Origin: Candidatus Saccharimonadota bacterium
Lineage (GTDB): Bacteria; Patescibacteriota; Saccharimonadia; Saccharimonadales; JACOTW01
Length of the DNA: 64,000 bases
Assembly (NCBI GenBank): GCA_016178135.1
Contig: JACOTW010000003.1
Location: 472 to 64,471 of the forward strand
Reading direction: 5' to 3'
This document shows, piece after piece, positions 16,241 through 25,537 of this stretch. The stretch's first letter is position 1. Each line of letters opens with the position of its first letter. The position numbers were made by a program, and so were the translations under genes. The notes below the pieces were generated by a model. That model worked only from the letters and a program-made list of their open reading frames with translations, was not told where the DNA came from and made no database searches.

Positions 16241-17893
16241 ATGTCAAATATAAAAATTAAGCTAACGAAAATTCTTGATGGAGATGTATATGAAAATCGT
16301 CGAATACGGGACGATTATAGTCATGATGCCAGTATGTTTGAGCTTTTGCCCGACCTAGTAATTGCCCCAAAAACCAGTCAAGATATTAAAAATCTGGTTA
16401 AGTTTGTGTCTACGCATAAACCAGAACTGCCCGAATTATCCATAACTGCACGAGGTGCCGGTACGGACATGAGCGGCGGCGCCATCAATAACTCGATAAT
16501 TATCGATATGAAAAAATATTTTAATAACATAGGTGAAGTTACATACGAAACAGCTCAAGTCCAGCCCGGCGTTTACTATCGTGATTTTGAATCCGAAACG
16601 CTCAAATACGGCGCACTTTTGCCACCATTTCCAGCTAGCCGTGATTTGTGTACCGTTGGTGGCATGGTTGCTAATAATTCTGGTGGTGAAAAATCTTTGC
16701 AATATGGTAAAACCGAAAAATTCGTACTTGAACTAAAAGTAATTTTTGCTGACGGCAATGAATATATAGTAAAGCCTATTTCCGAGCCCGAACTACGTAA
16801 AAAAATGCTTCAACAGGATTTTGAAGGCAAGATTTATCGTGATATTTTTCAAATAGTGGATGACAATTATGACGCGATAAAAGCCGCTAGACCAAAAGTT
16901 AGCAAAGACTCCACAGGTTATCATTTATGGAATGTATGGGATAGAAAAACGGGTGTTTTTGACTTGAATCAATTAATAATCGGTTCGCAAGGTACATTGG
17001 GTATAGTGACGGATATAAAATTCCGGCTAGTGCCAGCACCTAAAAACTCTGGTACTTTAGTAGTTTTTTTAAGGGATATTGATCAGCTAGGCGATATTAT
17101 TAATCGGGTCATGAAGTATCAGCCGGCAGCTTTCGAGGGTTTTGATAATTACACCTTAATGCTTAGCTTCGTGCTGTTTTACTATTTCAATAAAACATTA
17201 GGCTGGTGGGGCACTATTAAGCTTGGCATTCAATTGATACCTGATGCATTGAAGCTGTTTAGGGGCATTCCAAAAATGGTTTTACTTATTGAATTTAATG
17301 GCGATACTCGGGAAGAGGTTGCGGCCAAAGTTCGAGCCTGCCATAAGGGGCTTGGTAAATATGGTAAAAAAGCCATGTTTGAAGAAGATAATACTGCTGC
17401 CAAGGCTCGAAAATTCTGGATAATGCGCCGCGAGAGTTTTAATTTGCTGCGCCAAAAAGTCAAAGACAAGCACACGGCACCGTTCATAGATGATCTGGTG
17501 GTTAATCCTGAACATTTACCGCGTTTTTTGCCTGAATTGCGAGCAATTTTAAAGCGTTATAAATTATTAGCTACGATTGCCGGGCATATGGGCGACGGTA
17601 ATTTTCATGTTATTCCACTAATGAAAATTGAAGATACAATGGAGCGCATTAAGATAGTACCAGCCATGCGTGAAGTTAATGAACTGGTCCTAAAATATGG
17701 CGGTAGTTTAAGCGGTGAACACAATGATGGCATGACTAGGGGGCCATGGCTAAATCAGATGTATGGACCTACGGTAATGGGCTATTTCGTTGCCGTCAAA
17801 CAAATTTTTGATCCACAAAATATTTTTAATCCACACAAAAAAACTGATGCTGATTGGGATTACAGTGCATCTAAAATCCGAAGTCATTTTTAA
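16241..17893 (+). CDS. FAD-linked oxidase (GlcD/D-lactate dehydrogenase-like; FAD_binding_4 + C-terminal oxidase domain)
   Basis: LSITARGAGTDMSGGAINNSIIIDM FAD-binding PCMH-type motif. Confidence 0.7.
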   Translation: MSNIKIKLTKILDGDVYENRRIRDDYSHDASMFELLPDLVIAPKTSQDIKNLVKFVSTHKPELPELSITARGAGTDMSGGAINNSIIIDMKKYFNNIGEVTYETAQVQPGVYYRDFESETLKYGALLPPFPASRDLCTVGGMVANNSGGEKSLQYGKTEKFVLELKVIFADGNEYIVKPISEPELRKKMLQQDFEGKIYRDIFQIVDDNYDAIKAARPKVSKDSTGYHLWNVWDRKTGVFDLNQLIIGSQGTLGIVTDIKFRLVPAPKNSGTLVVFLRDIDQLGDIINRVMKYQPAAFEGFDNYTLMLSFVLFYYFNKTLGWWGTIKLGIQLIPDALKLFRGIPKMVLLIEFNGDTREEVAAKVRACHKGLGKYGKKAMFEEDNTAAKARKFWIMRRESFNLLRQKVKDKHTAPFIDDLVVNPEHLPRFLPELRAILKRYKLLATIAGHMGDGNFHVIPLMKIEDTMERIKIVPAMREVNELVLKYGGSLSGEHNDGMTRGPWLNQMYGPTVMGYFVAVKQIFDPQNIFNPHKKTDADWDYSASKIRSHF

Positions 17894-17904
17894 TTATTTA
17901 CGTA

Positions 17905-18816
17905 CTAGGGCAACCATTTATCAAGCGAAATCAAGATAGAAAACAATACATTGACTATTAAGGATAGGTTAAACATACGACGAGCCCAGGCGATATTATC
18001 AGTAGCCTTGAATCCAGCCAGCGCAAAACGTAGCCAAAAAGTACTTACTAGGGTCATAATTATTAGATAAGTATAGCCAGCGTAGCCGAATATCGTTAAT
18101 CCACTTGAAGCTACGAAAAATGCCAGAATATAATAAAATATTTGTTTTTTGGCCTCTAAAATACCATTTTTTACGGTTAAGATTGGCAATTTGGCTGCGA
18201 CATAATCCTCTCTGCGGTAGATACCAATAGAGTAAAAGTGCGGCATTTGCCAGCAAACTAAAATGACGAACAGTAAAAAAGCCCCCCCGTCGAAGCGGTT
18301 AGTAACGGCTACGTATCCGGCGACTAAAGGTGCAGCGCCTGCCAGGCTGCCTATAACTGTACTGTGTATGGAGCGTCGCTTACTAATACCATAAGCAATC
18401 AAATATACTACAACCCCAAAAATACCCATGACGACGGTTCGCCAATTAGTAAATGAAGCCAAAATAATAAACCCCGATAAGCCCAAAAAGGTAGCAAATA
18501 TTAGAGCATTAACCGCGGGAATTGCGCCTGTTACTAGTGGTCGTTTTTTTGTTCTGGACATTTTTTTGTCTACGTCGCGATCTATGTAATTGTTAAAGAC
18601 GCAGCTTGACGCTATAACCAACGCAGTACCGGACAGGACTGCGGCCAGTAGCCCCCAATTAACATTGCCGCGAGCGGCTAGTAAAAAGCCGGCCGTGGCG
18701 GTAATTAGGTTGCCCCGAACAATACCTGGTTTGGTTAATTCATAATAGGACTTAAAATCCATTTTCTTAATGACGGTATATTCCTTCCTCTTTTTGTATA
18801 AATTTTTCAGTTTCAT
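17905..18816 (-). CDS. ctaB: Protoheme IX farnesyltransferase (heme O synthase, UbiA family)
   Basis: NNYIDRDVDKKMSRTKKRPLVTG prenyltransferase motif; position downstream of cyoABCD. Confidence 0.85.
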   Translation of the reverse strand: MKLKNLYKKRKEYTVIKKMDFKSYYELTKPGIVRGNLITATAGFLLAARGNVNWGLLAAVLSGTALVIASSCVFNNYIDRDVDKKMSRTKKRPLVTGAIPAVNALIFATFLGLSGFIILASFTNWRTVVMGIFGVVVYLIAYGISKRRSIHSTVIGSLAGAAPLVAGYVAVTNRFDGGAFLLFVILVCWQMPHFYSIGIYRREDYVAAKLPILTVKNGILEAKKQIFYYILAFFVASSGLTIFGYAGYTYLIIMTLVSTFWLRFALAGFKATDNIAWARRMFNLSLIVNVLFSILISLDKWLP

Positions 18817-19129
18817 CCGGGGACATTTGTCTATAATTTAGGTTATTCATAATCCACAACGAACCAAATACTAGGACGATAACAACTAGCCCGGCGAATA
18901 AAAAGGCCATCAAATTCCAGCGTGGCTTGGATTCTTGACCAAGATTCAGGAAGAATATTAATTGTACGAATAATTGAATGATTGCTAGGAAGATTATAGC
19001 TGCCTTAATAACTCCATGGGTGCCAAAAGTGTGTGCCGATAGGACGTGGTGATTAACCAGCCAATAGGCCAATGAAGTTAGAACGATAGAAGCTATATAT
19101 CCGATTAAACTCGACTTACCCAAAATCAT
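18767..19129 (-). CDS. cyoD: Quinol oxidase subunit IV (CyoD/QoxD-like); proposed ATG lies inside a MITE copy, longer ORF to 19297 is MITE read-through
   Basis: ~110-aa 3-TM protein following cyoC; ATGATTTTGGGTAAGTCGAG start is the MITE terminus. Confidence 0.6.
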   Translation of the reverse strand: MILGKSSLIGYIASIVLTSLAYWLVNHHVLSAHTFGTHGVIKAAIIFLAIIQLFVQLIFFLNLGQESKPRWNLMAFLFAGLVVIVLVFGSLWIMNNLNYRQMSPDETEKFIQKEEGIYRH

Positions 19130-19263
19130 CCGCTCCCAGAGTGAATTATCTCGAGCGAAAACTGTTTTGTCTGAAGGAGAGGTAGCCCTAGTTGCATCGA
19201 CAGAAGAAAAACTGTTTGCAGCCGATAGAATTCGATCTGGGGATGAAGGAGTTTTGGGTAAGT
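19110..19263. repeat. MITE-like palindromic repeat (orientation A) overlapping the 5' end of cyoD
   Basis: actcgacttacccaaaatcatccgctcccagagtgaattatctcgagcgaaaactgtttt...gtagccctagttgc...gatctggggatgaaggagttttgggtaagtt. Confidence 0.85.
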
Positions 19264-19298
19264 TGATTTTGTAGGGCTTGGATGAACGGCTAGACATA

Positions 19299-19868
19299 CT
19301 AGAGAACTCCCATTAGATAAACCATTGTAAATATAAAAATCCAGACAATATCCAAAAAGTGCCAGAACATACTAAAGGCAGTTAAGCGTCTGTTGGTTGA
19401 TGATATTATGCCGCGTTGATAAATTTGTGCCATCAAAACAGTGGCCCAAATCAAGCCGATTGTAATGTGTAAGCCGTGTGTTCCTACCAGAGTAAAGAAG
19501 GCCGACAAAAAGCCACTACGCTGCCAGCCATATCCTTCGCTAATAAGTTTTGAAAATTCACTTATTTCTAACCCCAAAAAGGTTAAACCGAGTAAAGAGG
19601 TAGTCATCAGCCAAAGGAGTACTCTAGCACTATTACCACGTCGCGCCGCCAATATCATGAGGCTACTAGTGAAACTGCTGGTTAATAAGATTATTGTCTC
19701 GCTCAATACAAACGGCAATTTGAAAATATCATTTCCAGACGGCCCACCGTAAGTGTTATTTCTAAGGACTGCAAAAGTAGCGAACAGGCTGGCGAACAAC
19801 ACACAGTCAGTCATTAAGTAAATCCAAAATCCAAAAGTTGATCTATCATCTGACTTGTGCTGAATCAT
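19299..19868 (-). CDS. cyoC: Cytochrome bo3-type quinol oxidase subunit III
   Basis: 5-TM heme-copper oxidase subunit III pattern ([21 protein letters not shown]...). Confidence 0.85.
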   Translation of the reverse strand: MIQHKSDDRSTFGFWIYLMTDCVLFASLFATFAVLRNNTYGGPSGNDIFKLPFVLSETIILLTSSFTSSLMILAARRGNSARVLLWLMTTSLLGLTFLGLEISEFSKLISEGYGWQRSGFLSAFFTLVGTHGLHITIGLIWATVLMAQIYQRGIISSTNRRLTAFSMFWHFLDIVWIFIFTMVYLMGVL

Positions 19869-21895
19869 GCGTGTTCCTTACTTTCGTTTATCATGATCTC
19901 AGCGACTGTTATGGTTAGCTCTGTATCGTCATCAGACAGGCGCTGGATCAGGCATATCAACCCGCCAATAAAGCCAACAGCCGCCAACCACCAGATATGC
20001 CAAATAATACTAAAACCAGCCACCAGACTAAAACCAGCCACAAACAAACCCGCACCGGTATTTTTAGGCAATTTAATATCTTTATATTGTGGTTTTTGAT
20101 CGTTGTCGGCAGTTTTTTTCATCGCCCAAAAGGCATCGCGTTCATTAACTTTGGGTATAACGGCAAAATTGTAGAATGGTGGTGGTGAAGTAGTTGACCA
20201 TTCCAGGGTACGACCATCCCACGGGTCGCCTGTTTTATCAAATTCACGTTTTCCAACCAGAGAATCCAGTTTGATTAAAATTGTTCGTCCAACTGAACGT
20301 AACAGTGGTTTATTCCAGGTGGTTTGCAAATCAAAGACACTGACAATAATTTGCAATATTTGCAGCCCTACGCCAATTATTATACACAGCCCGCCAATGG
20401 CCGACACGATAAATAAAGATTGCCAACCTAACGTTGCGTCATAATGATCAAGGCGCCTGGTGGCTCCCATTAAACCAAGAACGTAGAGTGGCATAAAGGC
20501 TAGTAGGAAGCCAATAATCCAAAACCAAAAAGCTAATCGTCCAACGCGTTCATTTAGAATAATTCCAGTAAACTTTGGAAACCAATAAGCCAGACCAGCA
20601 AAAAAACCAAACAAAACACCGCCGATAATCATATTATGAAAATGAGCTACCAGAAATAGACTATTATGAACCTGGAAATCAATGGCTGGCACGGACATCA
20701 AGACGCCAGTTGCGCCACCAATAGTAAAAGTCATCACGAAGCCTAAAAACCATAACATAGGCGTAGTAAATCGAATCCGACCACGGAACATAGTAAACAA
20801 CCAGTTAAATATCTTGACGCCAGTTGGAATGGCTATAATCATTGTCATAATGCCAAAGAACGCATTGACATCAGCTCCGGCACCCATGGTAAAGAAATGG
20901 TGAACCCAGACAATAAACGACAAAAAAGTAATCCCGCCTAGTGCTCCGACCATTGACTTATAACCAAATAATCTTTTACTGGAAAAAGTAGCCACAACCT
21001 CTGAAAATATACCAAACGCTGGCAAGACCAGAATATAAACTTCCGGATGTCCCCAGGCCCATATCAAATTAATATACATCATGGCATTACCGCCCCCGCC
21101 AGACGTGAAAAAATGCATGCCCAATAAGCGATCTAGTGATAGCATGGCAAGCGTGGCTGTTAAGATTGGAAAAGCAAATAGGACCAGCATCATACTGCCT
21201 AGGACGCTCCATATAAAGATGGGCATTTTCATTAGTGTCATGCCTGGCGCGCGTAGTTTGATGATCGTGACTAAGAAATTAATGCCAGACATCAAGCTAC
21301 CTATACCGGCAATTTGCAGGCTCCATATCCAATAATCCACACCTACACCTGGACTGAAGTCTATACCAGATAAAGGTGGGTAGGCCAGCCAGCCAGCGGC
21401 TGAAAATTCACCAACAACTAACGAAGAGTTTATTAGTAATATACCAGCAATGTATAACCAAAAACTAAGTGAATTGAGGAATGGAAAAGCTACATCACGA
21501 GAGCCAATTTGCAAGGGTACGATCAGGTTAAGTAGCCCAAACATAAAACCCATGGCAACAAAGAAGATCATTATTGTTCCGTGTGCCGAGAAAACTTGCT
21601 GAAAAGTATCAGTACTAATTATGCCATGCGATCCGCCCACCGATGTTGCTTGCTGAATTCGCATCATGGCCGCGTCAGCCGCACCACGGAGTAGCATGAG
21701 TGTAGCGGCAATGATATACATTACACCAATACGTTTCGGATCTAGTGATGTTAGCCATTCTCTCCAAAGCCATTTCCACTTTTTGAAATATGTTAGTAGT
21801 ACAATAATGGCCAAAATTGATAATAAGCCGCCGATTATACCGCCAGTTGTGATTGGATCATGTTTGAAGGCCTCTAAAGTTAATCTTCCAAACAT
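19865..21895 (-). CDS. cyoB: Cytochrome bo3-type quinol oxidase subunit I (heme-copper oxidase catalytic subunit)
   Basis: [30 protein letters not shown] and His ligand motifs of HCO subunit I. Confidence 0.95.
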   Translation of the reverse strand: MFGRLTLEAFKHDPITTGGIIGGLLSILAIIVLLTYFKKWKWLWREWLTSLDPKRIGVMYIIAATLMLLRGAADAAMMRIQQATSVGGSHGIISTDTFQQVFSAHGTIMIFFVAMGFMFGLLNLIVPLQIGSRDVAFPFLNSLSFWLYIAGILLINSSLVVGEFSAAGWLAYPPLSGIDFSPGVGVDYWIWSLQIAGIGSLMSGINFLVTIIKLRAPGMTLMKMPIFIWSVLGSMMLVLFAFPILTATLAMLSLDRLLGMHFFTSGGGGNAMMYINLIWAWGHPEVYILVLPAFGIFSEVVATFSSKRLFGYKSMVGALGGITFLSFIVWVHHFFTMGAGADVNAFFGIMTMIIAIPTGVKIFNWLFTMFRGRIRFTTPMLWFLGFVMTFTIGGATGVLMSVPAIDFQVHNSLFLVAHFHNMIIGGVLFGFFAGLAYWFPKFTGIILNERVGRLAFWFWIIGFLLAFMPLYVLGLMGATRRLDHYDATLGWQSLFIVSAIGGLCIIIGVGLQILQIIVSVFDLQTTWNKPLLRSVGRTILIKLDSLVGKREFDKTGDPWDGRTLEWSTTSPPPFYNFAVIPKVNERDAFWAMKKTADNDQKPQYKDIKLPKNTGAGLFVAGFSLVAGFSIIWHIWWLAAVGFIGGLICLIQRLSDDDTELTITVAEIMINESKEHA

Positions 21896-21898
21896 TGC

Positions 21899-22792
21899 CT
21901 ACATACTCCCGTCATTTGATGAGTTTAATTTATGGGTATGTGGTCCAAATTTGTTTATAACTGATTGATATAGGTTGTCATTAAGTAACGAATATGACGT
22001 AACTGGGTTGTTTAGACTTGGTGTGGCCAAGTGGGCGTAGGCATTCATGTCTAAACGCTGCCTTGTTTGTTGGCTATCCGCTACCCACCTTTCAAAATCA
22101 TCCAATGAAGATGCTTGAGCGGTAAAATTCATGCTGGCGTGACCCATACCGCTTAAATTTGCTGAAACGCCTCGAAAAGTACCGATTTGAGTAGCCAAAA
22201 GATGCAATCTTGTTGACATCCCACTCATTGCGTATATTTGCCCACCTAATTCTGGAATCCAAAAAGAATTCATCGGAGCATCGGCAGTTAGTTCAAAATT
22301 TAGTGGTGTGTCTACCGGAAATCGGACTTGGTTGATAGTTGCTATGCCCTGTTCAGGATAAATAAATAGCCATTTCCACTGCAGGGCAACAACCTGAATA
22401 GTTAAAGGTTTTTTGTTAACCGATATGGCTCGCATTGGATCCAGGTCATGGGAGCTACGCCACGTTACAACTGATAGGATCAAAATAACAATCAGCGGAA
22501 TGCCCCACCAAGCCACCTCCAGATACCTGTTATTATCCCACTCCGGAGAATATTTGGCATTTTTGTTAGAAGCCCTGTAATGCCATGTAATGCCTATGGT
22601 GAGCAAGAAAACTGGCGCAATCACGAACAAGCTTAACAGAACAGCAAACATTATTAATTGGCGTTGTTCAAATGCGATAAAGCCTTTTGGGGATAGCACA
22701 GATATATTGTTGCCACCAAGCATAAAAACGCCACCAATGATAACGGTCATGGCTAATAATATAAAAACGGGCAGTTTATGACCCTGGCGCAT
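21899..22792 (-). CDS. cyoA: Cytochrome bo3-type quinol oxidase subunit II
   Basis: N-terminal 2-TM + cupredoxin-like domain, operon position upstream of cyoB. Confidence 0.85.
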   Translation of the reverse strand: MRQGHKLPVFILLAMTVIIGGVFMLGGNNISVLSPKGFIAFEQRQLIMFAVLLSLFVIAPVFLLTIGITWHYRASNKNAKYSPEWDNNRYLEVAWWGIPLIVILILSVVTWRSSHDLDPMRAISVNKKPLTIQVVALQWKWLFIYPEQGIATINQVRFPVDTPLNFELTADAPMNSFWIPELGGQIYAMSGMSTRLHLLATQIGTFRGVSANLSGMGHASMNFTAQASSLDDFERWVADSQQTRQRLDMNAYAHLATPSLNNPVTSYSLLNDNLYQSVINKFGPHTHKLNSSNDGSM

Positions 22793-22894
22793 CCCTCACC
22801 CCAATCTATGGTTATTCCTACACAAGCTTATATGATTGATAACGAGTTGGCAATCAGCAGGTTCGGGGTTTAAAGCACAGGGATTGGTCGGCGA

Positions 22895-24346
22895 ATGGAT
22901 TTTATTCGTGTAAGTCCGGTAAACTATCAATACATGAAAGTTACGATCGTTACATGCTACAAAGATCCTGATTATGTACGGGCTCGTACTTTGCGTGCGG
23001 GCTTGGCTGCCAATGCGGGAGTTGAGATGACTATCGTAAAAAACAAACATAAAAATATCTTGCGCTATCCAGAGACTATTATCCGACTAGTCATTGACCG
23101 CATTAACAATAGACCAGATGCTTATATCTTGACGTTTCGCGGTTACGAAATATTGCCTTTTTTACAGCTAATCGCTTGGTCAAAACCAATTATATTTGAT
23201 GAATTTATCAATCCGTTGGAATGGTTGGCGGAGCCACGGCACGAAAAATGGGTAGGGCTGATTCCTAAAAAGGCCCTGAAGAAGTTTTACGTCGCTTTGC
23301 TTGGGCGTTGTCGTTTTATCCTGGCTGATACTCAAGCGCACGCCGATTACAGCGTCAAATTAAGCGGTCAGCAAACAAATGTACTGGACTCACCCAAAAC
23401 CCCTCGTTCCCAGGGCGAATCAGCTCGAGCGAAAACAGTTTTATCTGAAGGAGAGGTAGCCTTAGCTACATCGAGAGAAGAAAAACCGTTTGTAGCCGAT
23501 AGAATTCGATCTGGGGATGAGGGAGTTTTCGACAGGTCCAGTAAATACTGGGCAATACCTGTCGGTACTGACGAGACGGTTTTTGATTATAAACTGGACT
23601 TACGCAAAATCGCCCGTTCCCAGGGCAAATCAGTTCGAGTTGGAAGTGGTTTTACCGAAGGAGAGGTAGCCATATCTACATTGAAAGAAGGCAGACCACT
23701 ACCAGCCGAGATTAGTTGGTCTGGGGATGGGGGAGTTTTGCGTAAGTCCAGTAAAGTTCGGGTTTTAGAAAAATACTTCCAAGTATTTTATTACGGCAAC
23801 ATGTTACCCCTTCATGGACTGGAATATGTTTTGGAAGCGGCTGTTTTATTGAAAAATAATCAAAACATAAAGTTTTTGATCGTTGGGGGCAACAGTAGAA
23901 CAGTTAAAATGATAAAAAACGCGCAACAACAAGGAGCAAAAATTAAGTATCAGAACTGGATTCCATTTGAAGAATTACCAAAAGTTATTGCCACTTCTAG
24001 TTTATGTTTAGGCGGGCCATTTGGTAAAACAAATCAAGCACAAAAAGTAATTACAGGTAAAACTTACCAGTTTTTAGCCAGCGGTGCGGCTACGTTGATT
24101 GGCAATACAGAAGCCAGTGCTTTGTTTATTGATAAGAAAAATAGCTTAGTTGTGCCGCTAGCCGATCCGCTAGCTCTAGCTACGACCATTGATTGGGCTT
24201 ATCAGCACCGGCAACAACTTCCGGCAATTGGTCAAGCCGGCAACAGGCTTTATCAGGAAAACTTTTCGGTGCGTATTATTACTGGCGAATTGTCAGCTAT
24301 TTTGACCAAACTTGCTTCTGGCATGAGTAATAATCGCCATCACTAA
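22895..24346 (+). CDS. GT-B glycosyltransferase (GT4-like) whose inter-domain region carries two in-frame MITE insertions
   Basis: C-terminal GT1/GT4-type domain (…FLASGAATLIGNTEAS…VPLADP…); ORF stays open across 23383-23752. Confidence 0.55.
   Translation: MDFIRVSPVNYQYMKVTIVTCYKDPDYVRARTLRAGLAANAGVEMTIVKNKHKNILRYPETIIRLVIDRINNRPDAYILTFRGYEILPFLQLIAWSKPIIFDEFINPLEWLAEPRHEKWVGLIPKKALKKFYVALLGRCRFILADTQAHADYSVKLSGQQTNVLDSPKTPRSQGESARAKTVLSEGEVALATSREEKPFVADRIRSGDEGVFDRSSKYWAIPVGTDETVFDYKLDLRKIARSQGKSVRVGSGFTEGEVAISTLKEGRPLPAEISWSGDGGVLRKSSKVRVLEKYFQVFYYGNMLPLHGLEYVLEAAVLLKNNQNIKFLIVGGNSRTVKMIKNAQQQGAKIKYQNWIPFEELPKVIATSSLCLGGPFGKTNQAQKVITGKTYQFLASGAATLIGNTEASALFIDKKNSLVVPLADPLALATTIDWAYQHRQQLPAIGQAGNRLYQENFSVRIITGELSAILTKLASGMSNNRHH
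23383..23542. repeat. MITE-like repeat (orientation A) inserted in-frame in the glycosyltransferase ORF
   Basis: actggactcacccaaaacccctcgttcccagggcgaatcagctcgagcgaaaacagtttt...gtagccttagctac...ctggggatgagggagttttcgacaggtccagt. Confidence 0.9.
23593..23752. repeat. MITE-like repeat (orientation A), second tandem in-frame copy in the same ORF
   Basis: actggacttacgcaaaatcgcccgttcccagggcaaatcagttcgag...gtagccatatctac...ctggggatgggggagttttgcgtaagtccagt. Confidence 0.9.
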
Positions 24347-25486
24347 CAGTAGTCCTAGTAATATTAAGTAGATTCCGCGGTCGAGTATATTGGCGGCGAC
24401 TATGGTGTCGCTGTTGATGTGGTGCGAGCGTTGCGAGAAAAATAAAAATGATTCGCGAAACCCTAGAGCTCCTGGGGTTAACGAAACGAACAAAGCAAAG
24501 TTAGCAGCTCCTGTATATGTCAAAACTTGGGAAAAAGAAACCGACACATTAGTAGCACGAATCTCAAAAAAATAGATAGTTGCCACAAGACTTATTTGTA
24601 ATAGTGTGAAAAGTGCTAATTTACTTGCCAGAATACCTTTTTTAGAAATTGTCATTGTTTTACTCGACCCACCCAAAACCTCCCCACCCCCAGATGGAAT
24701 TCTGTCGGTTGCGAACAGTTTTTCTTCTCTAGATGTAGCTAAGGCTACCTCTCTTTCAGACAAAACAGTTTTCGCTCGAACTGATTCACTCTGGGAATGG
24801 ACGATTTTGTGTGAGTCGAGGTTGTTTTTCTTAAAATAAAACAAAACTCCAAAGATGCCTGCCCCAAATATTAACAAAAATAGTACACTGTGCCATGAAG
24901 ATTGACTACCAAAAAATAGAAATGAGGCACTAATAAAGGCAAAAAAAGCGTAATAAAGTAAAGTTGCTCCAGAGTAGGCTTTTAGACTAACGCCATGTTG
25001 TTTTTTTAAATAAACCGCCCGAAACCCGGGCCCGCTCTGTAGTGGTCCAAAAAAATTGACTATCGATGAGTAAATAGTCAGCAACGAGTTTTCTTTTAGA
25101 GACAACTTAACTCCACAAAGCCTAAGAATCGTATCGTAGACAAGAATTAGCGATGCAATTGTTAATACATACAAACCGAGTATTAATATCAGGGTACCTA
25201 CGTTTATTTGTCGTAATTGATCAATAACGCCTGAATGAGTTTTGAGATAGTAAAAAAAAGTTCCCAAAGTTAGAGCTAGGACACTAATACCAAGAAAACG
25301 TTTTAACCATCCTATACTCGACTTACTCAAAATCCCTCCATCCCCAGATCGAGTTCTATCGGCTGCAAACAGTTTTTTCTTTCTAGATGTACCTTCAGGT
25401 ACCTCCCCTTCAGATGAGACAGTTTTCGCTCGAGCTAATTCACTCTGGGAACGGACGATTTTGCGTAAGTTGAGTATAACCACCAA
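24293..25486 (-). CDS. Polytopic membrane protein (lysyl-PG-synthase-TM/flippase-like, UPF0104-type) with two in-frame MITE insertions; start uncertain
   Basis: Multiple TM helices, ...SLTPGALGFRE... motif; ORF continuous through repeats 24662-24820 and 25316-25475. Confidence 0.4.
   Translation of the reverse strand: MVVILNLRKIVRSQSELARAKTVSSEGEVPEGTSRKKKLFAADRTRSGDGGILSKSSIGWLKRFLGISVLALTLGTFFYYLKTHSGVIDQLRQINVGTLILILGLYVLTIASLILVYDTILRLCGVKLSLKENSLLTIYSSIVNFFGPLQSGPGFRAVYLKKQHGVSLKAYSGATLLYYAFFAFISASFLFFGSQSSWHSVLFLLIFGAGIFGVLFYFKKNNLDSHKIVHSQSESVRAKTVLSEREVALATSREEKLFATDRIPSGGGEVLGGSSKTMTISKKGILASKLALFTLLQISLVATIYFFEIRATNVSVSFSQVLTYTGAANFALFVSLTPGALGFRESFLFFSQRSHHINSDTIVAANILDRGIYLILLGLLLVMAIITHARSKFGQNS
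24662..24820. repeat. MITE-like repeat (orientation B) in-frame inside membrane-protein ORF
   Basis: actcgacccacccaaaacctccccacccccagatggaattctgtcggttgcgaacag...gatgtagctaaggctacctc...ctgggaatggacgattttgtgtgagtcgag. Confidence 0.85.
25316..25475. repeat. MITE-like repeat (orientation B) at the 5' end of the 24293-25486 ORF
   Basis: actcgacttactcaaaatccctccatccccagatcgagttctatcggctgcaaacag...gatgtaccttcaggtacctc...ctgggaacggacgattttgcgtaagttgagt. Confidence 0.9.
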
Positions 25487-25537
25487 CCTACATTAACATA
25501 ATTTACATGCTCCAGTGTGTTAGTGTGATTTAATAAG

